Source of the DNA: Syncephalis fuscata S228
Lineage: Eukaryota; Fungi; Zoopagomycota
NCBI GenBank assembly: GCA_025786725.1
Contig: JAHLTZ010000039.1
Coordinates: forward strand, 62,001 to 126,000
Direction: 5' to 3'
DNA length: 64,000 nt
Both the position numbers and the translations under genes were made by a program. Below the pieces are notes generated by a model. The model ran no database searches. It saw nothing but the letters and a program-made list of their open reading frames with translations, and was not told the DNA's origin. Positions 51,453-64,000 of the stretch are shown piece by piece (position 1 is the stretch's first letter; each line of letters begins with the position of its first letter).

Positions 51453-54400
51453 ATGTCTTCCAAAGTGCTTAAAAGACTTCTTGAAGAAGCGTCTCGTATC
51501 GTCCAAGGTAAGCTCATCCCGACAGCAATAGACATTTCTTCTCTCCGCCCCATACACATTCTATCTGCTCTGCGCCTATTTTGACATCTGCAAGACGTCA
51601 AAAAGAAAACTATGAGTCGTCTCGTGTCTCACGCCTCTACTTGTCATTGCTGTCAGGCTGGCGCATGAGTCTACGTGGCTCTTGTCGCCCTTTATACCTC
51701 TTACTCGCTTTCTCTTTCTCGACGTCTTCGTTCTTACTCTAGCACTACCTGACCTCACCGTTGCCTGTAACCTTGTTCCTTTCTTTCTATTGCAGATCAA
51801 GATCAGCCAGTCTCAGCAGCACCTGAAGTGATGTCGGCCGTCTGGGTCAAGCTCCTTCAAGGTTCACCAAACAGTTCACGCTTTACGGAGCTGGGCATTG
51901 ATAAAATCACAAATCTCAATCAAAGCAATGATATTGCCGACCTTCGTAAAACACTTATCACCGATATTGCTTTCCAAGGCAAGCTCGATGGCGTAGCCTC
52001 ATCCGACCTAAAAGTCTACAACAACGACGAAGATGCTACCAACCAGAGAGAGCCTATTGAAGAAGATACTCCACTCTCAGAGCTTATTGAGGCCGGGAAG
52101 GGCGGTAGGAAGAAGACTGCTTTGATCGTTGTAGCACCACCCAAGCCTGGTAAGTAGTTTTGCTTTAAAGACCAGCAGTCAATACGGCTCCTTCCTCTGC
52201 CGTTTGCTTTTGCTTTACGTCTATGTAGTACTAATATTTAATTATTCTTTCCATTACTCCGATATATCCATGTGTCTGTCTCATCATGTGCCTCTACTTC
52301 GCTTCCTGGCCATCTTTCAGATCAATCGCGTCCTGGTAAGTGCACTTAGACCTTTTCTAAATACTCATTGTGTAACCTTATCTTGATTACTTAACGTTAT
52401 TTTTTATCACCTTTTTTGATCATGTAGCAACACCCATCCAGCAGACGTCTGTTCCGAATGATTGCATCGAAAAGGAATTAGATGTCATTCTCCAAGGTGT
52501 CAACCATCAGCTCACTCGTCCTATCGATCCAAAGGATGTTGAAGCCTCGCAAAGAAGTATACTAGGGCCTTTTTACAAGAGGACTCTACCACATCACGAA
52601 ACAGCAACGGATATAAGTCTAGTGATGTTGGGACTTGAATTGGGCAAGCAAGCAATCGGCAGAAATCATAAAACTCTTTGTACAATTGTCGAGAACGACA
52701 TCGGCAAATCGAGTGATCATCGCGTGGTGGCCATGGTTGCCCCGTCCGGTTCAGGAAAGACTGCAACAGTCATTGACCTTGCGAGCAAGCACTTTGTCAT
52801 TTATTGTGTCTGTTGTATATCGAGTCCGACCATTTCTCCGGGTTTTAATGATCCAAACTTTATCACGCTTGCAAAGGATGTCGAGAGCATGTACCGGACC
52901 ATCGTTAACAGAAATCAGGGGAGTTTGCGCGATCCGCTGGACATTGATTCCGAAGTGAAAGCACTAGCGGAAGAACGCGTCGATCTTGAATTCCTTGCAC
53001 GAATGCTCTTCCTTCAGTATCTCCTAAAAAACAATCCTGATTTGGAGCCGCAGCAGTTCTTCTGTGAGCAAATCACTGGAGGTAACTCGACTATTGGCAG
53101 GCTAGTCCGCAAGCTACGGGATTACGACAACCGCGCAATCCAAAACATGCTCAATGAAGTCCAAACTAAGCTTCGGTCTTTTTTATCTTCCAAAGAACGT
53201 GGACTGGTGATTGCTTTGGATGAAGCTCAGGTTGCAGTGACTCACATCTTATCCAATAAGCTCATCTCGCCGACAGCTTTGGGTAATAATAAAAATACAC
53301 TTTTTGACAATAAGAACCAGATACAATTCCAATACCGCCGCAGCTTTCTTACACCTTTATCAGGTGCTTTGAGCAATATGAAGGCAACTCTAGTGATACT
53401 GGGCACATCGCTCTCATTGCAGGATGCCGACCATGTGTACACAGCCATCGCCAAAAAAACCAATTTTCTGAAAATAACAAACTTTCCGAGCTTTGATGAA
53501 GGCGATGTGAGCAGGCTATACTCGGATCTAATCGACATGTCAGGCTGTGAAATCCCACCTGCCAAACGCCGCAAGCTAACAGGACGACCTCGATTTTCCA
53601 TTGATGTCATTAACCATCTCGCTGACTCTTGCACTTTTCGAGGCTCTAAACAAACTATTCTGGATCACGCTATTGACGAGTCGATTAAAGATACGATGGA
53701 TGGTCTTCGGGCCAAGATACGCGCCATTCTTGCCAACGATCAAGCAGGTGGGATAGCTCGGCTTCTCTCTCGAATGGTATTGGCCTATCATCTTCACAAT
53801 GGCAAAATATCTTTCTCAAGCAATGACCAGTCCGACTTTGTGGATAAAGCTCTGTGCAGACTACGATCACATGATAATGACATTCACTTGGTCATGGACG
53901 AGCCAATAGTTGTTGAGGCAGTGCAGGAAGAGCTAAAGGCTTTAGGCAAAGATCCGGTGTTCTTTGAGTACATGAATCAATTTAACCAAATTATCACCAA
54001 CTTTGGCACCGCTTCAGCTTTAAAGGGGGATGCGTTGGAGCCACTTGTCCGCCGATCACTTCAACGCTTCAATGGCTACCGTCTTGTTGACCTTCCTTTC
54101 CTTCAAGGCGTCACATTGCCCGCCTGGTGCAGCAATTTCCAGCTCCAAATTGATGAGATTAAAACAGCCAATGGATTTGGATACACTGGCAGTGGCGTTC
54201 GTGCAGATCTTGCCTTCCTCACCGAATGTCCTCCAAACAAAATGCTTATTGCCAATAATGGCACACGTCCGGATGGAGTCTGGTTTTTCTCTGACAGACG
54301 TTACGCCGGCTCTCTTGCGATCAAGCTCTACAGCGACCGTTTGAAGCAGTCCGCCCACAACTCGAACAAAACTTCCAGCAATATTCGAAGTTGTTTTTTG

Positions 54401-54697
54401 AGCCGGGATGGTATCAACATGAACCAATCCTTGACAGGCGTTCGACGTGACTTTGAGGCTTCGGGTACTCCATCCAATCTCAAAGGCATTCTTCGCATCC
54501 ATCTCGAGTTTCCTGGCGTCGAGGGCGGTAATCCGGCTACTTATATCGAAGAGGACCCTGTAACTGGTATCGAGGATGTAATGGTGTATATAGGCCTTTC
54601 AAACCTGGACGATTTTTTTTTCGAGGGCATTGCAGAAAACAAGGACGATATGATCAAATTGAAAAGGTTGATTAAATTCGTCTCTGACTCAAAGTAA
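51453..54697 (+). CDS. Crinkler (CRN)-like protein: ubiquitin-like header, P-loop NTPase and putative PD-(D/E)xK nuclease
   Basis: Exons 51453-51508, 51797-52149, 52321-52335 and 52428-54697 splice in frame. Header VWVKLL..DIADLRKTL..LDGVASSDLKVY..PIEEDTPL..G..KTALIVVAP, Walker A APSGSGKT, Walker B VIALDEAQ, LTGRPRF, and C-terminal RPDGVWFF..GSLAIKLY. Confidence 0.8.
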
Positions 54698-54899
54698 AAA
54701 TCGTTTAGAAATAACACTACAATTTCTAATTCAAATTCTCTACTTTTTTGTCCATATGCCTTACGTTCTGATGTTTCTTCATCGTTATATACGACTTTTC
54801 AAGCGCTGCCAGCTGTCCTACTGCAACGCATGTTAGACGCGTCAAGACTAATTTTTTCACGCCGCCAGCTGACCATCATATACACCTTACTTGTAATAA

Positions 54900-55090
54900 A
54901 TACAACGCAAAAATGCAGTACACAAATATATTATGTAAAACTAGTACTAATAGTATTGAAACAGTAGTTGATGTTGAAATAAACGTTTTTATTGGAGAGT
55001 AAATACAAATTACTAATGAAACATCTATTACGAAAAGAAAGCGTGTCATTAAAGAGTATTCAAACTGCAATGAACGTTATTATAAATAAT
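54900..55090 (+). mobile_element. Older diverged MULE 3'-end fragment
   Basis: TTGAAATAAACGTTTTTATTGGAGAGTAAATACAAATTACTAATGAAACATCTATTACGAAAAGAAAGCGTGTCATTAAA aligns with 47047-47128 and 56764-56845. Confidence 0.7.
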
Positions 55091-55530
55091 AACATAATAT
55101 GATAAAATGTATAATTATGACAGTATTTACTATTAATATATTCATACAGGATACTGATTGTAATATTATATGATAAAACTAAATAATGCAAAATGAATAT
55201 ACAGCGTTAAGTAAAAGTATAAATGAATACATTTATTTAATAATAGACATTATACAGTGTACATTTGTAAATATATAAATTATACAACTATATAACTAGC
55301 TATGTTAATTGACCAGCTATACTGCTAATTATATTACTAAATATTTAGTACACATTGTAAAAAATTTATAAAAAAATTATATACGATATATGAGTAAATA
55401 CATAACTAACGAGCAATATAAGTATGGATATAAACAATTATTTAATGTAGTATAAAATGGGAAATTAAAAAAATCGACAGTCGCTAAATTTAATTTTATT
55501 AATTTTATTTAATAAATAAAATCTATCGTA

Positions 55531-56906
55531 ATGTCTACTAAACTATTTAAAAAAGCTATATTTAACAGTATTAAAAAACTGAGAGCCGCTATTGACAAGT
55601 TTAAGCTTGTTAACAGTTGCAATTTTAATAGAAAAATAGTGATTCAACAAGATTACAACTTATTTGTCCTCATGAAGACCGTTCCAGCAACAAATGCCAG
55701 TTTGTTTTAACTGCCAAAAAGCGGAAAATCGGCTTATTAAAAATTGTTTAATGCAATATTAAACATTTTAATGGTTGTTTATATGATTCTGGTAATGATA
55801 CTATTAAATCTATTATTAAATATATTACAAGTGGTGTCGCTATATTCTCAAATGTAAAATCAACAGATGTACGAATAAAAGTATCAAATTATGTACACAT
55901 TTAATTATTTAATATACAATAACAATTGCAATAGCTTAATAGATGCTATTATTTCTTACTACAAAGCTTGTTCTGCTCTTAATTTAATGGAAAAGAATAA
56001 TATTAACAGCAATATTAATTCTTTTTCATTTATTAAATATTACTTTATCAAATTTGAACATTTTAATCCGGATTCTGTTCAGCACTTCTTGCAAAACCAG
56101 TCTGGTAATTTTGAAAATGCATTTTTATGTCATTTATCATTTATTAAAGCTTGCCAGTATACCCGTAAAGTACTGGTAATTGATGGTTGCCATTTAAGGT
56201 TTTCTTATGGCGGTGTTGCTGTTGCTGCCGTTGTTAAAGATGGAAATAATAATATTTTACCTTTGGTTGTTGCTATAGTATTTCATAAAAATGAAAACAA
56301 CTGGGTCTATTTCCTTAAACGTTTAGCAGATTCAGTACCTGAATTAAGTATTCACAAGCTCAAGGATTGTTAACTAATAATAGCTATTTTTTGTATAAAT
56401 CAACATTAACTGACATCAATAACTATATAGTTGATGATTATTCTGATACCAAATTTCAAATTAAAACTACTAATTTTGAAGAATTGTGGTTTTTTATTAA
56501 ATGAGTTTATTAATAAATCTTACACCATTGATTATTCAAACAAATTATATGCTCCAGAAATTTGCCTGGTTGAAATAGAGTCAATTACTGCGGATATTTT
56601 GTGTTTGCCACCGAAAATAACGAAGAAAACCGGTAGACCGAGAGTTAAAAGAATTAGATGTTATAGTAAAGCTTTGCAGACCACCAACGATATACTTGTC
56701 GCAACTGTAGCTCAAAAGGACACAATACAAGAACATGCGCTGTAAACACTAGCATGAATAACATTGAAACAAACATCTTTATTGAAAAGCAAATACAAAC
56801 TACTAATGAAACAGCTATAAAGAAAAGAGAGCGTGTTATTAAAAAATGTTTAATTTGTGGTAAACGTCATTACAAGAAAACAAAGTGTGGAGCAAACAAA
56901 AAATAA
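55531..56906 (+). pseudogene. MULE transposase relic, copy 2
   Basis: Near-identical to copy 1 over 55489-57011 versus 45776-47294. Track ORF 55891..56373 includes VLVIDGCHLRFSYGGVAVAAVVKDGNNNILPLVVAIV..ENNWVYFLKRL. Confidence 0.9.
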
Positions 56907-57303
56907 TTTTATTAATAAATAGTTTTAATCAATTTTAAAAAAGAAAAATTTATTATAGTGAAATTAAAAAACAGTGTATTTCTTAATTTCCTTAAATTAA
57001 AAGTTATATTTATTTTATAAAAAATAGAAAAAAGTAAAATTAGAAATTTAAAAAGTATTTTTGTAATTAAAAGCAAAAAACAGTGTATTTTCCAAAATTG
57101 CCCTGTTAACTATATAGAATTTTATGTAAAAACTATACACCAATTAATGATCACCACTCATATTTCTCTTTTACTACACACATATTTACTACTTTTTATT
57201 ACTCACTTGATAGGTAATTTGTATAAAATACTATATTCAATACAGACTGACACAATAACCATACGGTCATATAACTATATGTTAATAGTAACATTTCACC
57301 ACT

Positions 57304-60037
57304 ATGGCAACAATATCTTGGGCAACAACACTGCCACCGCCACATTTTAGTAATAATGCCGGGCCAGTACCTACATGGTCATTGGGTGATGGTGTACGGC
57401 AAATGGACATGGAATTCGATAATCTTAATGGAACAAGCTCTAAAGTAGCTACAAATAATGGTAAGCAACTGGAAAATAGATAAGAGTCGCGCAATGTCAA
57501 TGTGTTGACGCGTCATACGCTATTATTTATGATGATAATGGTTGTTTATTACTTAGGCGTCAATCCAACTAATACAGCTACAAAGCATCACAGCATGTCG
57601 CAATTTAATGATAAAAGTGTTATGCATCCACTTATTGGCCATACAGCCTTGATGGAAATGGATCAAGAATTCACAACATTAACTGGTGCATGGCCCAAAC
57701 AGAAAGCAAACACACTGCCACAGCGGGATATGCTCACCACAAATAAACTAGCTGGTAAAACTTTGAAGGAAAAACTAGTATCGGATAAAGAAGCGCAGGA
57801 TATTGATAAACAGTTACGAGAGATCCTTGAAAGTAACTCAGCAATTAAGGATTTTTATGCTGATATTGATGCACAAGCAGTAAGTTGTAATTATTAATTA
57901 ACGTATATTCAATACATAGATTAAGTAAAATATTAACACGTACTATAGGAACAGCAAATTGAACAGATGGATCATGATACAATGTCATTGCCAGATGAGT
58001 TATCGAATATATTAAATGATGATATCATAAATGTCAATGATTTTAATTCACCTAATACTCGATCCATACCAACTATCCAAACAAATCAATTATTTGAACA
58101 AAATCCTGCAAATTTGCTAATGCTGTCATCGCTGAGAGGCAAAATAAAGCCAGAAGAATGGATGTCAAACTTTGAAAATATGACAACAATTCAAATGGAT
58201 CCTGTAACACAGCTTCGATCCACAGCATCAATGCCATTTCAACGTAATAGAAATGATCGTGAACGAAGAAGAGATGAACGAGAAAAGACGCAGCAACAAC
58301 AACAGCAGCGGTGGCCTATAAATAAGCCTCATTATCCAACGCGCGTTTTGCGCAACACAATACCAGCACGATTGCCGACCATTGAAGAAAGTTTATTAAT
58401 GACATCAGCTAAAGTAAATAGAAATGAGAAAAAGCCAATGAATCCAACTATTACAGGTTTGCCAGATGTGTAAGCAATACAGACAAATATATTATTATTA
58501 TTATTAAATTTATTGTTGCTGTTGTTAGGTATACAGTCACTACGTCGGTACCAGTTAGCACACCTTTAATTAATATTACAGCCATGAATGAAACAATCGA
58601 TGAGACAGCTTTACCTCAATACCCGCACATTGTTAATTTGCCATATCAAGGAAATGCAAAACGTAAGTGCTATTTAAAAAATTATATAAATACATACCCA
58701 TTGTTATTTGTAGAGATTTTAAAAGCATTAAAAGCATTGCACCAACAGTTGTATGAAATGCAAAAAAGGTATACTACAGTTGTAGCTAGAAATAGCGAAT
58801 TAGAGAAACAGTTAACGGCAGCTTTATCCAAACTGTCCATGTCATCGACGGCAATTCAGCAGCAACAACAAGAAAAGCATACTGATGAAAAGAAACTATT
58901 TAAAAAAATGACGACACTTCAAACACAGTTAGAAACAGCAGAATTAAACGCTAGTAAACAGGCACAACGGTCACAACAATATAAAGCATGTGCGCTAAAA
59001 CTACGCGATGAGTTGTTACAATTGCGTCGAAAGGTTGTCGACACCGAACAGCGTAATTCAGCCCAGCGTAGAGAAATGGATCGTATCAATAACCAACTTG
59101 AGTCGTCTACACAACAACTTGGCAAATATCGCATGCAAGTAAGAACGCTAGAACAATCATTGGCCACATTAAAGCAACAGAATGAACATAAAACAGGAGA
59201 AGCCAATAAACAACATCCTACGACGCTTACAACAAAATCAGCACTACTTTCCGGTAAGTAATAATAATAATTATTATTATTATATGCAATACAGTAGTTG
59301 TGTATTGATGCTAACTAGTAGTAGATCGATCGATTAGAGAGCAAGCAGCAATGGCAACCGAAGCATTAACGGAGGCTAGAGAAGAATGTCGCCGCTTACA
59401 ACGCCAATTAGAATACGCCGGCTATCGAATAAGAGAAGTGGAAGAGAAAGAAATGCAGCTGTCAAAGCATCCAAACAAACTTCTTATGTCAAACCAATGG
59501 TAAGTTAATCAATATCGGCATATCTATGACCCATTATTTAAACGATAATAGTACAAAACAAGCGATTCAAACGTAACAGTACCCACAAACACTACTACTA
59601 CCGCCACTGCGGTGTTGCACCCACCATTATGGCCAAAGTATTACCACCAGCAATGCCAGTCGCTACAAGAGATGCTAATACAGCTCGTGGTAAGTGATTT
59701 GTACTAAATGATATCAATGTGGCAATATTTAATGATTAATAAATAAATGGCCTATTAGAGGTGGCAGATAAAGATAAAAATGATCATTTTAAAAGGTAAG
59801 CTATTATAAAATTGATAAATTGATTAACTTTAATTAATTAATATAATATTTATTAGACAATATCAAGAATTGTTACACCAATTTGAAAATATGCCACCAG
59901 GTGCACAGCATGCTTCACAAACAAGGTGGCTATTACAGCAACTACGTGATACTATTAATACAATGCAAACAAAGGTAAATAGTAATATATTTACAGTATA
60001 GTATTAACTAATAGGCTTAAAGACTTTTTAGACATAA
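57304..60037 (+). CDS. Hypothetical multi-exon coiled-coil protein
   Basis: Track ORFs 57502, 57967 and 58584 are linked by short GT-AG introns, with heptad-rich segments (LKALHQQLYEMQKR...LQTQLETAELN...LEQSLATLKQQN). Start and stop are approximate (stop at 60020 or 60037). No family recognised. Confidence 0.7.
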
Positions 60038-60269
60038 TGATACTGTTCTTTAACGAATGTATATTTAATAAAACTATTTATTAATTTAAGATTTTAGTAC
60101 CAAAAGTATTGCTTAAAGAAAACTGATTTATTTTTAATCCTATTATTGCAGAATATATAATTACATAAACTGCTCTTTCAATTTTATACTACTTCAAATT
60201 ATAGAAAAAACTATTTTTTTATTCTATATATACTAGCAAAAAAACAATACGATTCTATGACCGCATAAT

Positions 60270-63200
60270 TCATAGTTTTGCTTTTGAAGGTGCTTCTTCG
60301 AGAACAAGCGAAGTATCCGCCTCTTCCACTTGCTCTTTACTTGAAGATGCTACACTCATAGTGGTAGTATCTTTACCACTTTTCTCAGCCCGACCAGTCC
60401 ATCCGGAAATACCTGTCAGTTCAGCAAGTCGAAGCACCCGTGAACTAACTATATACTCATAAATATATTATTGATCAGCTATTATTGATCATATATATAT
60501 AGTTGAGAGTGGCTACTTACCGGTAGCATTGTCACGTCTGTTTTTACCCTCACGTCTAAATTGCCCAATACGCTCTACCAGTGACCAGAGACGGCCCTCA
60601 GGCAGTATACTGCCATCAGCCTGTCGTGCCGGTACATAAAGCGGATGGAGAGCAATACGTGTCGGGTCTTGGGGTGAAAGTATATCACGTCGACTAAGCA
60701 TAACGTTCTCGGTATTCAGTCGATAAAAGGCGTTCTTTAGTGTTTCTTGATTAACGGCCTCCATATAACTTATATCGCCTATGACCGAGTCAGTTTACTA
60801 TCTATTCGTTCATCGACTTACCTTGATAATAGAGTGTACGTCCAAATCCTTGGGCCTTTTTAAGAAATACTCGCTCTTCCACCCAGACTACACCATCTTC
60901 TTCAATAACCCCAGCCGGTAATTGTGCCGTAGTAGATGCCGGTGCACCAATCGTCGAATGAAGTAACCCCTGAGCATCCGTGCCCGGTGTCACCATAGCC
61001 ACAATAAGTAGACTGACCGCTAATAGATATATATATATATATAAAATACAATGTTTAATAATACCAAATAATTTGTATCCACTTACCAGCTAACCAGTAA
61101 GTTTCAATAAATGGCCAAATCAAGAAACAGTAAAAATCTAATATTCAGTATAATTAGCATTATTTATTTACCTATTCATACTATTCATACCGTAGTTTCA
61201 CGACCAATACTGCGTTCTATATCAGACAATCCAACATATTCATCTTCAACTGAAATAACATTCATTTGCTAAATAATAACCATAAATATACCATTTTCAT
61301 CATGTATCGTTTATATTACCTCCATCGATATCAATGTCTCTTCCAAATTCTCTTCAACTGTACCAGGTTGATAAATAAATTCACCTTTCAATAGACGAGA
61401 TAAAAAGGCGGTATTATCAATAGTACTTGTTGATGGATTCGCTGCGCTGATTTAATACCACCATCTTGATTTGTACATACATCGATGCTGATGCAATAGC
61501 TATTTACTAATTAATTAATCATCATTAAATACAAATAACACTTACCTTCTGGTATAAATAAGTGAATGACCTAATTAGATGTTGTAAATCAATAACATTA
61601 TTAATCATATAAATATGAATATTATTTATTAAAGACATACCTGATTACGGAAGAAGCTTAGTTCAAAGCGCTGTTGTGTATAGAATATTGGTTCTAGAAT
61701 ATCTTTATCCTTGCGTACACTGATCAGTTCACGCATTACTTGAACAGCACTATTATATATCATATATTATATATTATATATTATATATTGGCATTACACT
61801 TACCGATCAACAATATCACCCGTAGACATATTACCGAAATAGGCAACCCGTCCACCTTTACGTATAATGGCTCGTCTTAACCAATTTACTCGGCGAATTA
61901 ACTAAATATTAATTAATACTATGTAAATACATATAATGATTTGTTAACTTACTTCACTTCGACCTACTCCCTATCCATTATTAATATAATTAGTTAGATA
62001 ATGAGTAAATGAATAGATAAATATAATATGTACTTACTCGTCCACGCAAGGTCAATATAACCGTTCCAACTATATATTATATTAATACTAGGCAATACAA
62101 CTAACAAAACTGTACAATTGAATTACCTAAAGCTGTGGGCATAATAACTGAGCAACCATTCTATTTAAATAAATTAATACACGTTATTATAATAAATAAT
62201 ATATACTTGCAATATCTGACAATACGCTATAATAATTATAATAGTATTAATATTTAGTGTTATGTTTAACATGTTGTTAATAACCAACCGATACCCAAGA
62301 GATCGTAATAAAGTTCTTTATCGTCCTTTTGTTTAGGATCAAATGGTCTAATAATATTTGTTTTTAGATAACCGTTCATTAGAAAGAGTAAATACTTACG
62401 CTCGACGAATAGACTGTTCATTAATATACTCATTAAGTGAGAATGGTTTAGCAAACCTCACTAATATTACAATTAGTTACTAAATACTATACATTTGTTC
62501 TATATGGATATATAGATATATATATATTAGTTGATTTACCGTCTACACGTCCCCATTTTAATTGTAACAACTTGGTACTATTAAACACTCCCTGTAGTGA
62601 TTCTTTCTTTTTTGGTTGACCAAGTAATTCATGTGCATAAGTCTCTGTCTCAATTACCTACAAATATATGTATTAGAGAATGATATAGTATGTATATATA
62701 TATATATATACTTACACGATCATAGCCAATACTCATAGGTACAATAACACAATCACTAGTACGACCACTTTGCAATCCTTCAAGAATTAATTTTAATATA
62801 CCAAACTTTGGTTGTAATAATTTGCCTATATTATATATTGTATATAGTGTATATATATTAGTATATTATAATCAATGATTAATCATGCTATTTACCCGTT
62901 CTACTACGGGTACCCTCAATAAAGCATTCAATATTATGTCCTTTTTCTAATAGTGTCTATTTACAAGTTATATATATAATACATAATGAGTTAGTCCAGT
63001 TAATATCTTACTATAATAGTCTACCTCGATATATTCACGGGCCAGTTCTGTGTACATCAAATCACTGTCCCATGACCGACGAATAAAGAAAGCACCACCA
63101 TGACGTAGAATATTACCAAGAATAGGCATATCCAAATTATCACCGGCCGCAATATGCGGTAACGCCAATCCCAAGCGATAAAAGACATAGGAAATAAGTA

Positions 63201-64000
63201 AATAATCTACGTGAGATTTATGGCATGGTAGAATAATTAAGGATTGTCGATTCTGTTGTGCTTTAATAGCATGTCGGCGTAACTATATACACGCATAAAC
63301 TAATTGAATATACTACAAAGTACCACTTACTTCTAATAGCTCACTCTCCTTAATATGAATACCTTGATGATACAATCGTACAAAAATGTTATTCACTGTA
63401 AAGACAAATGCCCTATACATATTCATTAATGACTAATAGATGCTGATGATTAGATAGATCGTACCGAATAAGACGCTGACTGCTAAAATCGGCAAACATT
63501 TTATCGGCCATATTACGCACTACTACTTCTAGTTCACGTTCCAATCTTACTTCACGTTCTACAATCTTTGTCACAGAAGGTTGGGCGTGGAGTTGTATGG
63601 CTTGTTTTCCCGACAAATACTTTATTGTATTACGTACTATATATTGGTTATTACACTAATCACTTGGTACTATATACATATGGCTAATAACATACCTCGA
63701 TCACTACTTAATACGGCCTTTTTAATATCTTTGGTATAATTAGGATATAGAATACGTGCACCAATATAGTCTCGATAACTACGCCATCCCTTTACAAATA
63801 ATAACAATTAGATTATTAATTGCAATAGTATGTATATAAGTATTCATATTACTTACAGCGCCTAAATAGAATGCAGTTGATTCTGAAGTAAGTCGAATCA
63901 TAAAATTAACAGGATTGGCTCGAAAATGACCCAAATCTTTGCCCTTACTAGTTCATAGTTCATTAGTTAGTTAATTAATTACTTAATTAAATTGGTTTTC
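60270..64000 (-). CDS. GNPAT: Peroxisomal dihydroxyacetone-phosphate / glycerol-3-phosphate acyltransferase (GNPAT/DHAPAT-like), 5' end beyond the window
   Basis: Acyltransferase motifs PCHKSHVDYLLISY (HxxxxD), GAFFIRRSW, FIEGTRSR-GKLLQPKFG, VPMSIGYD.VIETETYAHELLG.PKKKESL and FYRNQ. The C-terminus ends in AKL*, a PTS1 signal. Many very short exons. Confidence 0.9.

Larger units (their letters stand above)
45603..57103 (+). mobile_element. 11.5-kb Mutator-bounded composite segment (TIR-body-cargo-body-TIR) with a 9-bp TSD
   Basis: Left TIR GGAAAATTTTAGAAAATACACCG at 45603. The right TIR reverse complement is GGGCAATTTTGGAAAATACACTG, ending at 57103, and similarity runs for about 150 bp. Flanks are TGTTAATTA (45594-45602) and TGTTAACTA (57104-57112). 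Confidence 0.8.

Noticed and set aside
1-64000. tRNA, rRNA or other structured RNA genes
   Set aside because: None recognised by eye; tRNAscan-SE or Infernal would be needed to exclude them.

Overview
AT-rich, intron-dense eukaryotic DNA from a fungus. The very short GT-AG introns, class I aldolase, secreted kinase-like gene and CRN-like gene suggest an early-diverging, probably mycoparasitic lineage such as Zoopagomycota/Syncephalis; this taxonomy is inference only. Core genes are dTMP kinase, an HDHD2-like HAD hydrolase, an F-BAR/SH3 protein, mRNA guanylyltransferase, the giant lipid-bridge protein Csf1/BLTP1, class I fructose-bisphosphate aldolase, a CSL (Cbf11-like) transcription factor, a coiled-coil protein and a peroxisomal DHAP acyltransferase (5' end outside the window). 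Accessory DNA includes an FHA-like kinase, a secreted pseudokinase, 2.6-kb direct repeats, MITE-like inverted repeats, and an 11.5-kb Mutator-bounded segment with a 9-bp TSD that holds a 708-bp-arm palindrome and a foreign-looking Crinkler-type NTPase/nuclease gene. The main finding is at ~4.76-6.94 kb, which the ORF track misses. There, a signal-peptide/Kex2 exon is followed by 23 three-nucleotide micro-exons (AG|NNN|GT), 21 of them in a tandem array of homologous ~80-nt introns. Joined, they read the stop-free peptide DGADPDKNGSETPISPGPERLSS. This looks like a one-codon-per-exon micro-exon gene that could generate combinatorial secreted peptides by exon skipping. Several conserved genes carry single-base deletions in short homopolymers, so the assembly probably has indel errors.
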